Below are positions 26,700 to 39,120 of a stretch of DNA of 64,000 nucleotides, piece after piece. The position numbers were made by a program, and so were the translations under genes. Position 1 is the stretch's first letter. Every line of letters begins with the position of its first letter. Source of the DNA: Lama guanicoe (taxonomy: Eukaryota); contig MU054187.1 of the NCBI GenBank assembly GCA_013239625.1, forward strand, positions 3,421,757 through 3,485,756, read 5' to 3'. The notes under the pieces are model-generated. The model searched no databases. It was given only the letters and a program-made list of their open reading frames with translations, and was not told the DNA's origin.

Positions 26700-27103
26700 G
26701 TGGATGGACCTGGAGATCGTCACACTAAGTGAAGGAAGCCAGAAAGAGAAAGAAAAATACCATAGGATATCACTTACATGTGGAATCTTAAAAAAAAAAA
26801 AACGCAAATGAACTTATTTACAAAACAGAAACAGATTCACAGACGTAGAGAACAAACTTGTGGTTATGGCGGGGGAAGGGACGGGGATAAATTGGGAGTT
26901 TGGGATTTGCAGATACTACTATGTATAAATTAGGTAAACAACAAGGTCCTACTATATAGCACAGAGAAATAGATTCAAACCTTGTAATGGCCTATAATGA
27001 AAAAGGGGATTAAAAAGAATATATGTGTATAACTGAATCACTTTGCTGTACACCTGAAATTAACACAACATTGTAAATCGACTATATTCCAATTTAAAAA
27101 AAA
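26700..27103 (+). mobile_element. Artiodactyl/camelid L1 3' end
   Basis: gatggacctggagat...taagtgaa...ataaattgggagtttggg...aacacaacattgtaaatcgac followed by poly(A). Confidence 0.88.
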
Positions 27104-28272
27104 GTGTTCTACTTTTGTCCAGGAAAGTAAATAAATACATAAATAAATAAACAGTTATCTTCTAGTTAAATAAGTTCAACAATTCCTGGTTTATTTTTCT
27201 GTCTACAGGGTGTTGTTAAATAGTTATTTGAATAAGCAGCTCTGCTTGCTGAAAACAGTCAGTTTATAGCAGTTTAATTGTTTTTATTTCTCCCCTCTCC
27301 TGTCTCCCTCCCTTTTTCCTTTGGCGTGGGGAGGGTCCAGGCTGTGGAGACGTCTGAGGGTCGGGGGGCCATGTTAACAACAGAGGTGGATGGTGGAAGT
27401 GTGGATGGAGGGCTGGAGACCCGAAGCCTCTCCATAGACATGGTGGCCCTCGAGCTGGGGCGCTGAGCGGATCAGCAGATGGACAGATCCAGACCTGCCC
27501 GTTGTCACAATGGCCGCCCAGCCCTTTCTCCTGAGCTCCATGTGGTCTAATGAGATAGTTTCCTCTGCTGCAGGGACCACAACTGTTCTCACAATTGCTG
27601 TTTTGGGACATCTAGGCTGTGTTCAGTCTTGACTCACAAGAGCACTACAACAAACAGAACATCTACACTGTGAGTCTTATTTTGCATTTAAATTCTTTTT
27701 CCTGAAGCCTGGCTTTTGTTAGTGGTGTTAGTATCTCTGGACCTTTGATGGCATCCGTGGTTTGCTCCTGGCTCTTGGTCAGAGCTGGGTGGCTGCTCTG
27801 TCCTCCCTTTCTCTCCCAGCACACGCGTGCCCCCCCACACACACACTTCAGTGACTGGTTTCCTCCTCCAGGGACACGAGGCAGAAGGAATGAGCAGCAA
27901 AATCAGAGGCTAAAGCACCTGTGGAGCCTGGAGCATTCAGGGAGCCTCAAGGGTTAAAAAGAAAAGCCTTTGAAATTCTAGGCGGTATTTAACCTAGTCT
28001 CCGTAATCTCGCCCGCCAGCCTGGCCACCAAAGTAAAATAGAGAATTATGGGCATTCTCTCAACAGCTCCTGCTAAGATCTTGAATAATTTAGCCGTAGA
28101 CTTTCATTTCATTTTCTATATCAATTTCCGCGTAACGCCTATCCTAGAACAATTTTCTTTCCTTCTTTTTAGGATGAGGAATTTAGAGACAGTCAAAGGC
28201 ATTTGGTTTACAGAATAAAGATTATACTTTCCTGTTTTTTGTGTAAACTTTAAAAAAAAAATCGGGGAGACA

Positions 28273-28387
28273 GGGAGTAATCAGGTTTATTTATTTATTA
28301 ACGGAAGCACTGGGCGCTGAACCCGGGAACCCTGCGTGCTCAGCACGCGCGCACGCGCTACCCCGGGGCTACGCTCCGCCCCCTCCC
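28273..28387 (-). mobile_element. Vic-1-like SINE, diverged and GC-enriched copy
   Basis: Same architecture as the other copies (gtaatcaggtttatttatt...ctgaacccggg...gctacgctccgcccc) with many substitutions. Confidence 0.7.
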
Positions 28388-29413
28388 TCCAAGGTTTTAC
28401 TTTGCATCTTGGTTTTTCCCTTTGTTTGGGTCAGTTCCTAAATATTTACAGATTAAATTCTGACACGCAGCACTACTGGAAAGTCAGAGTTTGTCATAGC
28501 AAAACAAAAGGATTTCTTGTTTTGTTTATTCATTCATGTTTGTTAAATAGCAGTGGAATGGGAACTCCCAATAACAGTGCAGCTCCGCCCTCCCAGCCGG
28601 AGAGTGGGTGCCCCCGCCTTGCGATAAAACTGTATCTACAGACGCAGGAATTTGAATTTCATTTTTGTGTGTCAAAGTAAAATGCTTTTCTTCTTTTTAA
28701 AAACTGTAAGTGTCCACACCGTTCTTATCTGACAGGCCTTCCAAAAAAAGGCATTGAGCCAGATTTGGCCCCGGGGCCAGAGTTTGCTGCCCCTGACCTA
28801 GAACTGAGAAATTTCCAAGAGTCACCGCAGCCCTTCGCAGCCCTTCGGTTAGTTACAGGAAGCTGAGGGGCAGTGGGGGCCAGGCAAGGGGGATGAGGGC
28901 AGCAGCCAGGGCGGGGGCATTCCCCCTTTACATGTCGCCCAGACCGGCTCTGGCCAGGGAGTCCAGCCTTGCCGCGTCCCTCGTCCTCAACCCAGCCTGC
29001 GCGCCCACCCCTGCCCTGCCTGCCTGGCACAGGGCGGCCCGCAGCAAGGGCCACAACATGCTTTGAATGAAAAAACACCTGCTTACGATGCGAGCCAGAC
29101 TCAAAGGCAGAAAGCATAGCAAATGCAATCTTGCCATCCCAGCAGGCTTTTCCGGTAGTGAAACTCAAAAAGCAGCCGCAGGTCCCGATGAATCTGTTTT
29201 CACATTTGTACTTGAGGTCATGACACGGGGGCCACACCTGGGGACACCTGGCTCCCGGTGCTGCGAGGGGGAACCCGCGAGCAGGGACACCGGCTCGTGG
29301 GTGTTTCCTGAGCATCCCCAGAACTACACTGCCTTTAATGCTGAAGGAGCCGAGGAATTTAAGTCCTTATTTGAAGAGTTGTTTAGGAAGTAACAGAAGA
29401 AACAGCCTGATGA

Positions 29414-29520
29414 GGGGAGTATATAGCTCAGTGGTAGAGCCTGTGCTTAGAACCCACGAGGTCCTGGGTTCAGTCCCCATTAAATAAATCAGTCAATACC
29501 TAATTACTCCTCCCCCCAAA
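29414..29520 (+). mobile_element. Vic-1-like SINE
   Basis: GGGGAGTATATAGCTCAGTGGTAGAG...GAGGTCCTGGGTTCAGTCCCC...ACCTAATTAC, with Pol III A and B boxes. Confidence 0.85.
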
Positions 29521-29837
29521 ATTTTGTTTAAAAAGAGGAAGTAATAACCTGAATTTTCCCAGCGTTTCCCCAGCACTGCAGTGTCATTACCGTCAACATC
29601 CTCATACCAGGTCTCATGTTTCGAGGCAGCGCGGTGCCTGGAACCGGGCCGAAGGTATGCAGCCTTCCAACACCCGGATCCGCTCACGTCCATTTTACAG
29701 TTAAGGCCGAGAGGTTCAGCAAGACCCCAGGCTGCGACCACGGCGCGAGGGGCTCTAGGACCTTGGCTATTAGCCGCCGGCCTACCTGCACTGTCTCTTA
29801 ATTTATCCTCTCAATTATTTTGTGAAGCCGGAATTTT

Positions 29838-29958
29838 TTTTTAATTTTTTTAACATTTTTTTTATTGAGTTATAGTCATTTTACAATGTGTCAAATTCCA
29901 GTGTAGAGCACAATTTTTCAGTTATACATGAACATACATATATTCCTTGTCACATTTT
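29838..29958 (-). mobile_element. Short young L1 3' tail with an imperfect TSD
   Basis: tttttattgagttatagtcattttacaatgtg..., flanked by tgaagccggaatt and tgaagcggaaatt. Confidence 0.7.
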
Positions 29959-30254
29959 TATGAAGCGGAAATTGTTATTTCCATTTTAATGAGCAAAATG
30001 CCAGAGGCACTGAGTGACTTGCCCAAATTACCATCTTATGACCTCGAGCCTGAGGTGGACACTTCTTGACAATTAAAACAAAGTGATCAGGAAGGTAAGG
30101 ATCTTAGGATTCAAAACGAATTGACAAAAACTCTACCATTCACGCCTCTAACTTTACTCATTTGCAAAAAGAAGAAAAATCACAAAATTCGTAAGAAGGC
30201 AATTTTTACGTAACAAAAATTAGAAGTTTCTTATTAACACCTTGACAATCACCT

Positions 30255-31900
30255 TTTTTTTTTAAATTGACATAATGGACATAGAACATTGTATTAGTGT
30301 TCGGTGCCCCACCTGACGGTTTGTTGTTTGTGTATATTGTGAAATGATTACCACGGTCACTTCCATCACCTCAGAGATTCAGACCTTTTCCCTTGTAATG
30401 GGAGCTTTCACCATCTGCTCTCCTAGCAACTCTGAAACATGCAGTGCAGGATTATTAACTACCGTCACCAGGCTGCGCGTCCCACACCCAGGCTTATTTA
30501 TCTTCCATCTGGAAGTCCGTACCGCTCAGCCCTCTTCGCTCATCTCACCTACCTTCATCTGCGTTTGAGTCGGGTTGATTTTGTGTTCTCCCGAGTCGCA
30601 TGAGTTCTTTGTATATTTGGATGTTCACCCCTTATCAGATATGTGATTTGCAAATATTCTCTCCCATTTTGTAGACGGCCTTTTCGTTCTGTTGATGATT
30701 CCCTTTGCTGTACAGAAACGTAACAGTTTGATGGAATCCCACTTGTTTATTTTTGCTTTTGCTCTCAAATCCAAAAAGTGAATGTCAAGACATTTACCCG
30801 TCTCCTCCTAAAAGCTTTACAGTTTCAGATCTCATGTTCAAGTCTGTAATCCATTCTGAGATCACGTCTGTATACGGTGTGAGATAGGGGTCTGGTTTCA
30901 TTGTTTTGCATGTGGCTGTCCGTTTCCCCAGCGCCATTTGCTGACGAGACTATCTTTTTCCTGCTGTATAATCTTGGCTCCTTTGTCATAAGCTGGTGAC
31001 CATGCACGTGTGGGCTTATTTCTGGGCCCTTATTCTGTTCCATTGATCTCTGTGTCTGTTTTGAATGCCAGGACCACACTGTTTTGATTAGTATGCTTTG
31101 CGATATTGTTTGAAATCAGGAAATGTGATACCACTGGCTTTGTTTTCCTTTCTCAAGATTGCTTTAGCGATATGGGGTCTTTGGTGGCTCCATACAAATT
31201 TCAAGATTGTTTGCTCTATTCCTGTGAACAATGATGTTGGAATTTTGTTAGGGGTTGAGCTGAGTCTTCAGATGGCCTTGGGTAGTAAGGACATGTTAGC
31301 AATCCTTCCAGTCCATGAGCACAGACTGTCTTTCCCTTGAAGTGTGTCTTCATCACTTTCTTTCTTCAACGTCTTACAGTTGTCAGTGTACAGGTTTTTC
31401 ACCTCCTTGGTTAAATTTATTTTGAGGCATTTTATTCTTTTTGATGCAATTATAAACGGGATTATTTTCTTGATTTCTCTTTCTGATAGTTTATTATTAG
31501 TGTATAGAGGTGCAACTGATTTTTGTATATTGATTTTGTATCCTGTGACTTTACTGAATTCACTTATTGGTTCTAACACTTATTTTGGTGGAGTCTTCTG
31601 GGTTTTCTATATTTAATACCATGACATCTGCAAATAGAGACAGTTTCACTTCTTCCTTCCTGATTTGGATGCCTTTTATTTCTTCTTCTTGCCTAGGTGA
31701 CCTGGCTAGGACTTCCAATACCATGTTGAGTAAAAGTGGCGAGAGTGGGCAACCTTGTCTTGTTCCTGATCTTAGAGGAAAGGCTCTCTGCTCCTCATTG
31801 TTCATTTTGATATTCGCTGTGGGCTTGTCATTTATTGCCTGTGTTATACTGAGGTGCATTTCTTCTCTAGCCGGTTTGTTGAGAGTTTTTATCATGACAA
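30255..31900 (-). mobile_element. 5'-truncated L1 (L1MA-like) with a degenerate ORF2 reverse-transcriptase fragment
   Basis: Minus-strand ORFs 31560-31904 and 31268-31579 read KPTANI...[19 protein letters not shown]...SLFADVMVL and FSKVTGYKINIQKS, typical L1 RT, but frameshifted and with FADD changed to FADV. 3' UTR and poly(T) at ~30255. Confidence 0.92.
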
Positions 31901-32329
31901 TCATCTTTAATTTCTCATTTTTCCTTAAGAATAATAATGACTAACACTAGCGAGTCCCTGCCACAGGCCAGACACACGGAACCCCCTACAAACATTAACT
32001 CATGTCATCGTTGCGGCCTGTGAGACAAGGGTCATTATTATCTCTGTTTTTAGGTGGAGAAACCAAGGCACGGAGGGGAGGCTCCATTTCTAGACCCATC
32101 TGTGTCCTCTAGGTCTCAGGCATGGAGGTCCCGGTCTGTAAAGTCTTGTTTGGGCACAAGAGTACAGCAGTTCCTGCGACAGATCTCCTGGGTTCAAGTC
32201 CTGGCTGCCCCATTTACCAGCTCCTTGAACTTGAACAACTTTGCCTTCCGGTGCTTCCTCCTCAGCGTAGAATGCTGCGTCTTCCTCAGGGGCGACCAGC
32301 AAGACGTGATGAGGCCGACTCACCTCAGT

Positions 32330-32850
32330 TTTTTGGTCACTTGATGAAATCGGTGTGTTCCAGACTTTTCCACCAAACCGTTATGCTGCATCCGTGTATC
32401 ATTAATAAATATTTTGTGGGGAGGAATTTTGAAACTATGGAAATACCCTGTTCCTCATCAGCATTTCAATTTATGTATCAGCATAAAGTCATTGCATTTT
32501 GTTCGATAGATTATAATCTGTTACCTAAAAGCCATTATAATCTGTGAGGCTCAGTATTTATTTTACCCTCCAGTTGACCTGGAGCTAGCCAGTGGCACCT
32601 CCTTTCAAATGGCTGCAGTGTCCTTTTGACATGCTTCCATCATTGTTTGAGTACTTTCTTGCTTTCTGTCTCAACCAGATGTTCTAGCCTCACCTTGTAT
32701 TTCCCTTGCCCCAGCCCTGAAACCAGCCATTTCTGCAGGGAGTCCTGTATCTTCTCAGAGGGGCGTGGTGTTTAGAAGTCAAGATCTCGGCACTGGGTGT
32801 GTTCATGTTTATGGGGGTGTCCCTGCTCCCAGGCCCTCTAAGCAGAATGA
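32330..32850 (-). mobile_element. L1MC4/5-like 3' UTR fragment
   Basis: attaataaatattttgtggggagg...ccctgccccag-like cccttgccccagccctgaaaccagccatttc...aagatct segment. Confidence 0.65.
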
Positions 32851-33068
32851 GAGGATGCTGGTATGTGCTTCCACACGTGTGAATGCACACGCACACACAC
32901 GCACACGCACATGCACACGCACATGCTGCATGTATATGCACTCCTCTCGGTACCTCCTTAACACGTGATTCTGTCTTTGGAGAAGGATATAATAGGGGGA
33001 GGCTGACACTGGGTTTGGAATCCTGAGGATGTGGTTCTTTCCTGGATTTGTATTTATTGGCTGGTTGG

Positions 33069-33448
33069 TGTGTTAGTCTGCCAGGGCTACTGTAACGAAA
33101 TGGGCCAGACTGGGTGGCTTAAGCAACAAAAATTTATTTTCCCATCATGGTGGAGGCTCAAAGTCTGTCAAGAGCAAGGTGTTGGCTGGGTCATCTTCTC
33201 CTAAGATTTCTCTCCTTCGCTTGTGTCCACACATGGTCCTCCCTTGGTCTTTGTGCCTTGTCCTAATCTCTTCTTATAAGAACACCAGGCATATCAGATT
33301 AGGGCCCACCCAATCAACTTCATTTTAATTTAAATACCTCTCTAAAGGCCCTGTCTTCAAATACAGTCACATTCTGAACTACTGAGTGTTAGGACTTCCG
33401 TATACGAATGGGGGCAGAGAGGGGTGGAATACAATTCAGCCCCAAACA
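33069..33448 (-). mobile_element. MaLR solo LTR (MLT1A-like)
   Basis: tgtgttagtctgccagggctactgtaac...tcttcttataagaacacca...aatacagtcacattctga...aattcagccccaaaca. Confidence 0.85.
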
Positions 33449-34577
33449 GTTAATATACCAGAAAAATCAGCAAGCAATTCGGCAAAGGTCCATATGTTCT
33501 AAATCAAGAGGAGTCAGGCTTTAACAGAACAAATGAACAATAAGAAAGATTTTTAAAAAGAAACCAGTTCATAAGCCCCCTCTTTGGTGGGGAAGCCCCA
33601 TCTACACTGCAGTGAGCCACGCGTGCCTCAGTTCACCACCTCTGTCCTGTCTCTGCCTTCCCAGGCCTCGGGGCCTCTTTTCTTCATAATATCTGTCATG
33701 CAGTTACACTCAAGTGATCATTTTAATTTTACTTTTAATGTCCTGAAAAGTGCTCTTATAGAACTTGTGAATTTATTAAAAATTAGTTCTTTAAAGTTGG
33801 TCCTCAAGCTAAGCAAAAGCAGTTTGAGAAATTTCTATTTCTCAAAAATTTCATTCTCTGTTTCACGGTATTATCAGTTCTGCATTAAAGCAGAAGTTTC
33901 GCTTTTTGTCTTAACATCTAAACTGGATTGGCACAGCAACAAATTTCTCCTTCATTTATTTCCACTTCACTTTTTTTTTTTTTTACAAATTTAGTATTCA
34001 TTGGACCGAAACTTGCCACCAACCTCAGAATCAACCAGGAAGTTATTTTTAGGAAAAAGAAAAGTGATTTCATCTTATAAAGAATTTAAAGCTTAGTTTC
34101 ATGGTTAACCAGACGCTTTGTTCCTTTTCTTCTTAGTCTCTCTTTTCTCCTTCATGTGGGATCATCTTTGAAAAAGACCAGAGAATACGCCCTCCCACTT
34201 TGGTTTCAGGGTTCTAACAGGGCAGCTTTTTGGGTAGAGAATGTTCTGTAAGGCAGCTGAGGAGGTTTACTGTCATAAGGTCACTCGCCTTTTGCACTGG
34301 GTGACATAAATACATCATTTGGACTTCTCTGGCCGCGGGCAATTTACATTTGTATCGTGAGGGCTTCTCACGAAGCCCCTCCCGCTGGGCTTCAGCAAAC
34401 AAGCCCTGGGAGGGAGGTGGGCACGGGCAGAGCTGGGCCCCATCACCTTCCAGCTGCGCCATGTGGGGCAAGACTCTGGACCTTGCTGAGATTCCAATTC
34501 CTCTGCTGTGAAAGGGGACAGTTGACACTCTGAGAACTCCCAACACGTGGTAAATAAACATTTAACAAGAATTTAGT

Positions 34578-35290
34578 GTTGCTGTTGGTGGGAATGAGTT
34601 TGGTGCAGCCACTATACAAAACAGTATGGAGATTCCTTAAAACACCAAAAATAGACTTACCATGTGATCCAGCAGTCCCACTCCTGGGCATATCTGGAGG
34701 AAACTCTAATTAGAAAAGATACAGGCACCCCAATATTCATAGCAGCACTGTTTACAGAAGCCAAGACATGGAAGCAACCTGAATGTCTGTCAACAGATGA
34801 CGAGAAAAAAGCTATGGTATCTATCTATCTGTCTATCTATCTAGAACGAAATACTACTCAGTCATAAAAAAGAATGAAATAATGCCATTTGCAACAACAT
34901 GGATAGACTGAGAGATTATCATACTAAGTGAAGTAAGTCAGACAGAGAAAGACAAATATATGATATCACTTACATGCGGAATCTAAAAAAATGACACAAA
35001 TGAACTTATTTCAAAACAGAAACAGACTCATAGGCATAGGAAACAAACTTATGGTTCCCAAAGGGGAAAGGAGTGGGGAGGGATAAATTGGGAGTTTGGG
35101 ATTAGCAGATACAAACTACTATATATAAAATAGATGAACAACAAGGTCTTATCTAGCGCAGGGAACTATTCAATAGCTTGTAATAAATTATAATGAAAAA
35201 GAATACATCTGTGTATAAGTGAATCACTCTGCTGTGCACCTGAAACTAACACCACATTGTACGTCAACTCTATTTTGATAAAAGAATAAA
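34578..35290 (+). mobile_element. Artiodactyl/camelid L1 3' portion (ORF2 end plus 3' UTR)
   Basis: gttggtgggaatg...gatccagcagtcccactcctgggcatat...atgccatttgcaacaacatgga...aactaacaccacattgt. Confidence 0.9.
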
Positions 35291-36539
35291 TGAGTGTTGA
35301 ATAAATGTGGAACTTACTAGAGTCAATTGTGCAAATACTTTAGCACATTGCCTGAAGGATGCAAAAACTTCTGCAAAGGTACTTATTAGCTCAGGAGTGG
35401 AGCCAAGAAAAAGGCAGCAGGAAAAGAGAAATAAACGGCAAGTTTTACTATTCCTATTTATAGCCAGAGAGGGTGAAGGACTGGGGGACTGGTATAAGAG
35501 CCTAAGTTAAAAATTTGAGGAACTGCCACCCACTTCCGGTGGACAGACCAGCTTGCACCTCTATATCGATAAACTAATATGGTAGATTAATTCCGCAAAC
35601 CATCGCCCTTCCTTTTCATTGCGTTTGCACCCTGGACTGACATCCCTTTTCAAACCCAGCTCTTCATCCTGGAGATGCATTTCAACTCCTCCCAAATCTC
35701 CTGTGTGAGTCACCCCTTCCTGGCCTCAGCAGTGAGAAGCAGGCTCGGGGGACGCCCGCCCCCACGACCATGGCCAGCAGGCGCTTGCCCCAGGGAACAG
35801 AAATGCCCCGTGTCCCCCATCCCGGCACAGCTCCCTTCCTTCTCCGGCTCCTCCAGGTGAGTTGGTTGTTAGTTTTCCTCCACGCAGCCTGGAGGCACTC
35901 AGACTGTGACTCCACATGTGACATCGGAGAAAGGGTCTGAAATGTTGAAAACACAATAGCTCCTCTTTCTCTACCAGAAGGAAGTGTTCCCTGCATTCCC
36001 CTAAATGTTCTTCTTTATCCTCTTTTTCTCTCTCCCTTCATAATAGCTACTGAGAATTTCCCAGGAGCCACTCCATGCTGAATCCTTGACGAGCTGTGTC
36101 TCGTTTAATCCTGATGTCAGTCCCACGAAGTCTTGCTCAGAGACCGAGGTCTAGGAGGCTCAGGGACTTTTCCAAGCTTGGATTCTAGCTGGGGGATGGC
36201 TGGGCCCCCGGTCCCCCAGATATGACCCCTCAGATGCAGGCAATCGGTGTCACCCTGCCTCCGCCCCACACCTCCCGAGCCCCTCCCTCAAATGCCAACC
36301 CCTCTGCCGGCGAGAAGCAGTCAGCATTCCCTAAAGCAGGGTCACTCCATCCCGTCCCCATCCCTGCACCAGTGGTCAGTGATTCTGTCCTGCGCATTCG
36401 GTGAGGTCGCAACTCCTGCCCCGGTATTCAAGCCGCACCGTCTGGCCTCAGCCCACCTGTCCCTTATCTCCTAAACTCCCCTCCACCCCTCCCATGGCTG
36501 ACCCACTTTTCAAACCTTCTTCCCCAACCATTTTCCCCG

Positions 36540-36830
36540 CGCACGCACACGCACACATCCCTACACATATAGACAATGTCTGCACGTACACAAACCTCTA
36601 CACATGTGCACAACACCCCACGCACACCCCTGCATCAACACACAGACACGCTTATACACAGCACCCTCCTACGCACACGTCTTTACCCACACACACCGCT
36701 GAGCACAAATGCACAACCTACACACACACAGACCTCTCTACACAGGCTCACATGCTGTGCACACACACACCTGTGTACCACACACCTCTACACACGCCCC
36801 TAAGTACACACTTGATGCCCACACATACCC
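36540..36830. repeat. Degenerate CA-rich low-complexity tract
   Basis: Interrupted (CA)n runs. Confidence 0.8.
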
Positions 36831-36894
36831 AGCTAGGATGGTATCTGAACATGAATGAAAAGTGGGGGGGAAAACTAGGGTGTTCTGCCATTTA

Positions 36895-37115
36895 GCAGTT
36901 AACAGACGCACATTACTGTACATAACACAGATACACAAACTACAAGGACATCCTGTGGAGCCCAGGGAACTAGATCCAACTTCTTGCAAAAACCTGTAAT
37001 GGAAAAAAAATCTGCAAAGAAAAAATATATATGTATGTATGTGTGTTACGGGCTCATTTTGCTGTGCACCTGAAACTACTGCTGTAAACCACCTACACTT
37101 CAATACAAAATACAA
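36895..37115 (+). mobile_element. L1 3' end fragment
   Basis: acaaggacatcctgt...cagggaacta...gctgtgcacctgaaactac...acttcaata. Confidence 0.65.
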
Positions 37116-37440
37116 TTTTTTTAAATCCCAGTGAGAGGACTGAGGGAAGTTTTCTTTCTTTGTTAATTTTTTTTTTTTTGGAATAGCCCGACTTGGGGAT
37201 AAATGCATACGGAGGAGAAGATCAGCTGAGGTGACGTGGTCGAGAAATGTGTGCTGGGGAGGCATTTCAGGCCTCCTGCATGAGTCAGGGTAAGCGACTG
37301 CAAACAAAAAAAGAGGAAAAAGACTCCTTTGCGTGTCTTCATTTTGTCTGTCGTTTTTCTTTGCAAAGGATTTTGGAACTGAAAGCACGGAATTCGGCTC
37401 CATCAGAATGAGGAGGCGTTGTCATCCCTTTTCATGTGAA

Positions 37441-37508
37441 GCTGCTGTTATTATTGCTATTACTACTACTACTACTACTACTGCTACTGCTACTACTACT
37501 ACTACTAC

Positions 37509-37539
<31 letters not shown>
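37441..37539. repeat. Compound trinucleotide microsatellite (CTG/TTA/CTA)n
   Basis: ctgctgttattattgctatta(cta)n...(tta)n, about 33 triplets. Confidence 0.92.
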
Positions 37540-38869
37540 TGATAACCAGCAAATTTGGGCAGTACATCACCTTCGTATGGTTCAAGGGCTAATGCAGTTA
37601 TGTTTAGTTGAGCAAATGCTATCCTAGTTTTGCAAAACGATGGTAAAACACAGACATTCCGTCAAGAGATAGCTTTCTCATGCCATGTATTATCAATCTC
37701 ACTCAAGAAGAGGGAAGTAAGCACCAGAGCCGTCAGGGGCGCGGAGGGGAGGCTGGGCTCAACGCTGCCTGTACGTCCTCGGTTATCATCACCCACGTGT
37801 CTGAAGTTAAAGTTCCTGCACTTCAGAAAGAACCGGAGCAGACACCTTTACCTTGGGACACACGCGGCTCGGCATCCCCGATCTGTGTGCTTCACACTGA
37901 TGAGGGGTAAAGCACCACGCACAGCAACACCATTTCCGCTGTGTCAACTTTTATAGTGAGTCATGGGTCTGCCTAACCAGATAAATGTAACAGGACATCC
38001 TGTAGTCACTCTGCAGTTTTTCCAATGCTTCTAATTTTTTCTTCTTCTCTCTCCCTCTGTCTCTCTCAGCTCTGCAGGAGATGCAAGGCAACCAAATTTT
38101 AATCCAACGCCAAAACCTGTTATAATTGCAGCTGCAAGGGTGTGCAAAAAGGAAGAGGATGTGAAAGACACTACTGGCGGTACTGTGTCTGATAACGTCC
38201 CTGCAAACGCATCTTCCTTTGGGAACGCAAATCCCCTGCCCGTTGACTTCTGTTCCATGTCTGCTCCCCTCTGCCCTCACCCCTACTCTTGTCACGGGCT
38301 TGGTTTTGGCTGTTATTTTTTGCTTTTACTGGGAAATAAGGAACTTCTCTGGAATTTAGAGGATATATAACTTTGTTTTGGTGACGTGTCTTTATACAGG
38401 GCTCCCGTACCTACTTTGCAATGATTTTGTGTTTCTTCCCAATGGAGGGAGGACACACCACCAGATCAGGTAGACAGCAGCAGCGTGGGCCGCCAGTTAC
38501 AATGACTGAGGACTGGTAAGACTAGAACACACATCAGCTCGTGTGTATGAAAAGGATGGACAATTCAGAAATTGATCAATTATTATTTAGGTTTTACTTG
38601 AAGACTAAAACTTGTGGTTTCTTCAGCTAAGAATGATAAGAGTGACCCTTAGTAAATATTAGCGAACAAAGTTGTATTTGGTTTTCACAAATACCCTTAA
38701 ATTTCTTAAGCATTGTATTTCATGCCAAGGAGGTATAGCCCAGCTCAAGATATTGCAGAACTCAAGTTCCAACCCAAAGGAAAAGCATGTAATCAGTTGA
38801 ACTTGATCAGATATTTAATTGTAAGTATTAATATAGTCACACAAACTTAGTGCCTGGCTTTGGTAATTA

Positions 38870-38995
38870 TTCTTTCCTGCCATTTACTGGCTGTGTGATA
38901 TTGAACAAGTTACTTGGCTTCTCTGAGCCTTGCTTTCCTCATCGGCAACCTAGGGATCCACAATACCAACGGCAAACCACTGTCATGTAAGTAAA
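38870..38995 (+). mobile_element. MIR fragment
   Basis: ctgccatttactggctgtgtgatattgaacaagttacttggcttctctgagcct...tttcctcatc. Confidence 0.65.
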
Positions 38996-39035
38996 TAAAA
39001 CAACTCATTCATTAAAAAAAGGTTTTTTTTAGGAT

Positions 39036-39120
39036 GGGGTGGGTATAGCTCCGTGGTAGAGCATGTGCCTAGCATGTACAAAGTCCTGGGTTCAATCCCC
39101 AGGTCCTCCATTAAACAAAT
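39036..39120 (+). mobile_element. Vic-1-like SINE
   Basis: GGGGTGGGTATAGCTCCGTGGTAGAGC...GTCCTGGGTTCAATCCCCAG. Confidence 0.85.

Noticed and set aside
29067..29393. 108-aa ORF ending FNAEGAEEFKSLFEELFRK, vaguely like the C-terminal helix of Ran-binding domains
   Set aside because: The similarity is limited to a few residues, the rest shows no RanBD features, and there are no retrocopy hallmarks.
29414..29490. tRNA-Ala-like sequences here and at the other SINE heads
   Set aside because: Each is followed by the SINE AT-rich tail and differs from the others. They are SINE heads, not tRNA genes.
31268..31904. Reverse-transcriptase ORFs as an active element or a novel RT system
   Set aside because: They are an ordinary decayed L1 ORF2: frameshifted, 5'-truncated and with the catalytic motif mutated.
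37333..37627. Poly-Leu and poly-Thr/Ile ORFs resembling a signal peptide or TM helix
   Set aside because: They are translations of a trinucleotide microsatellite.
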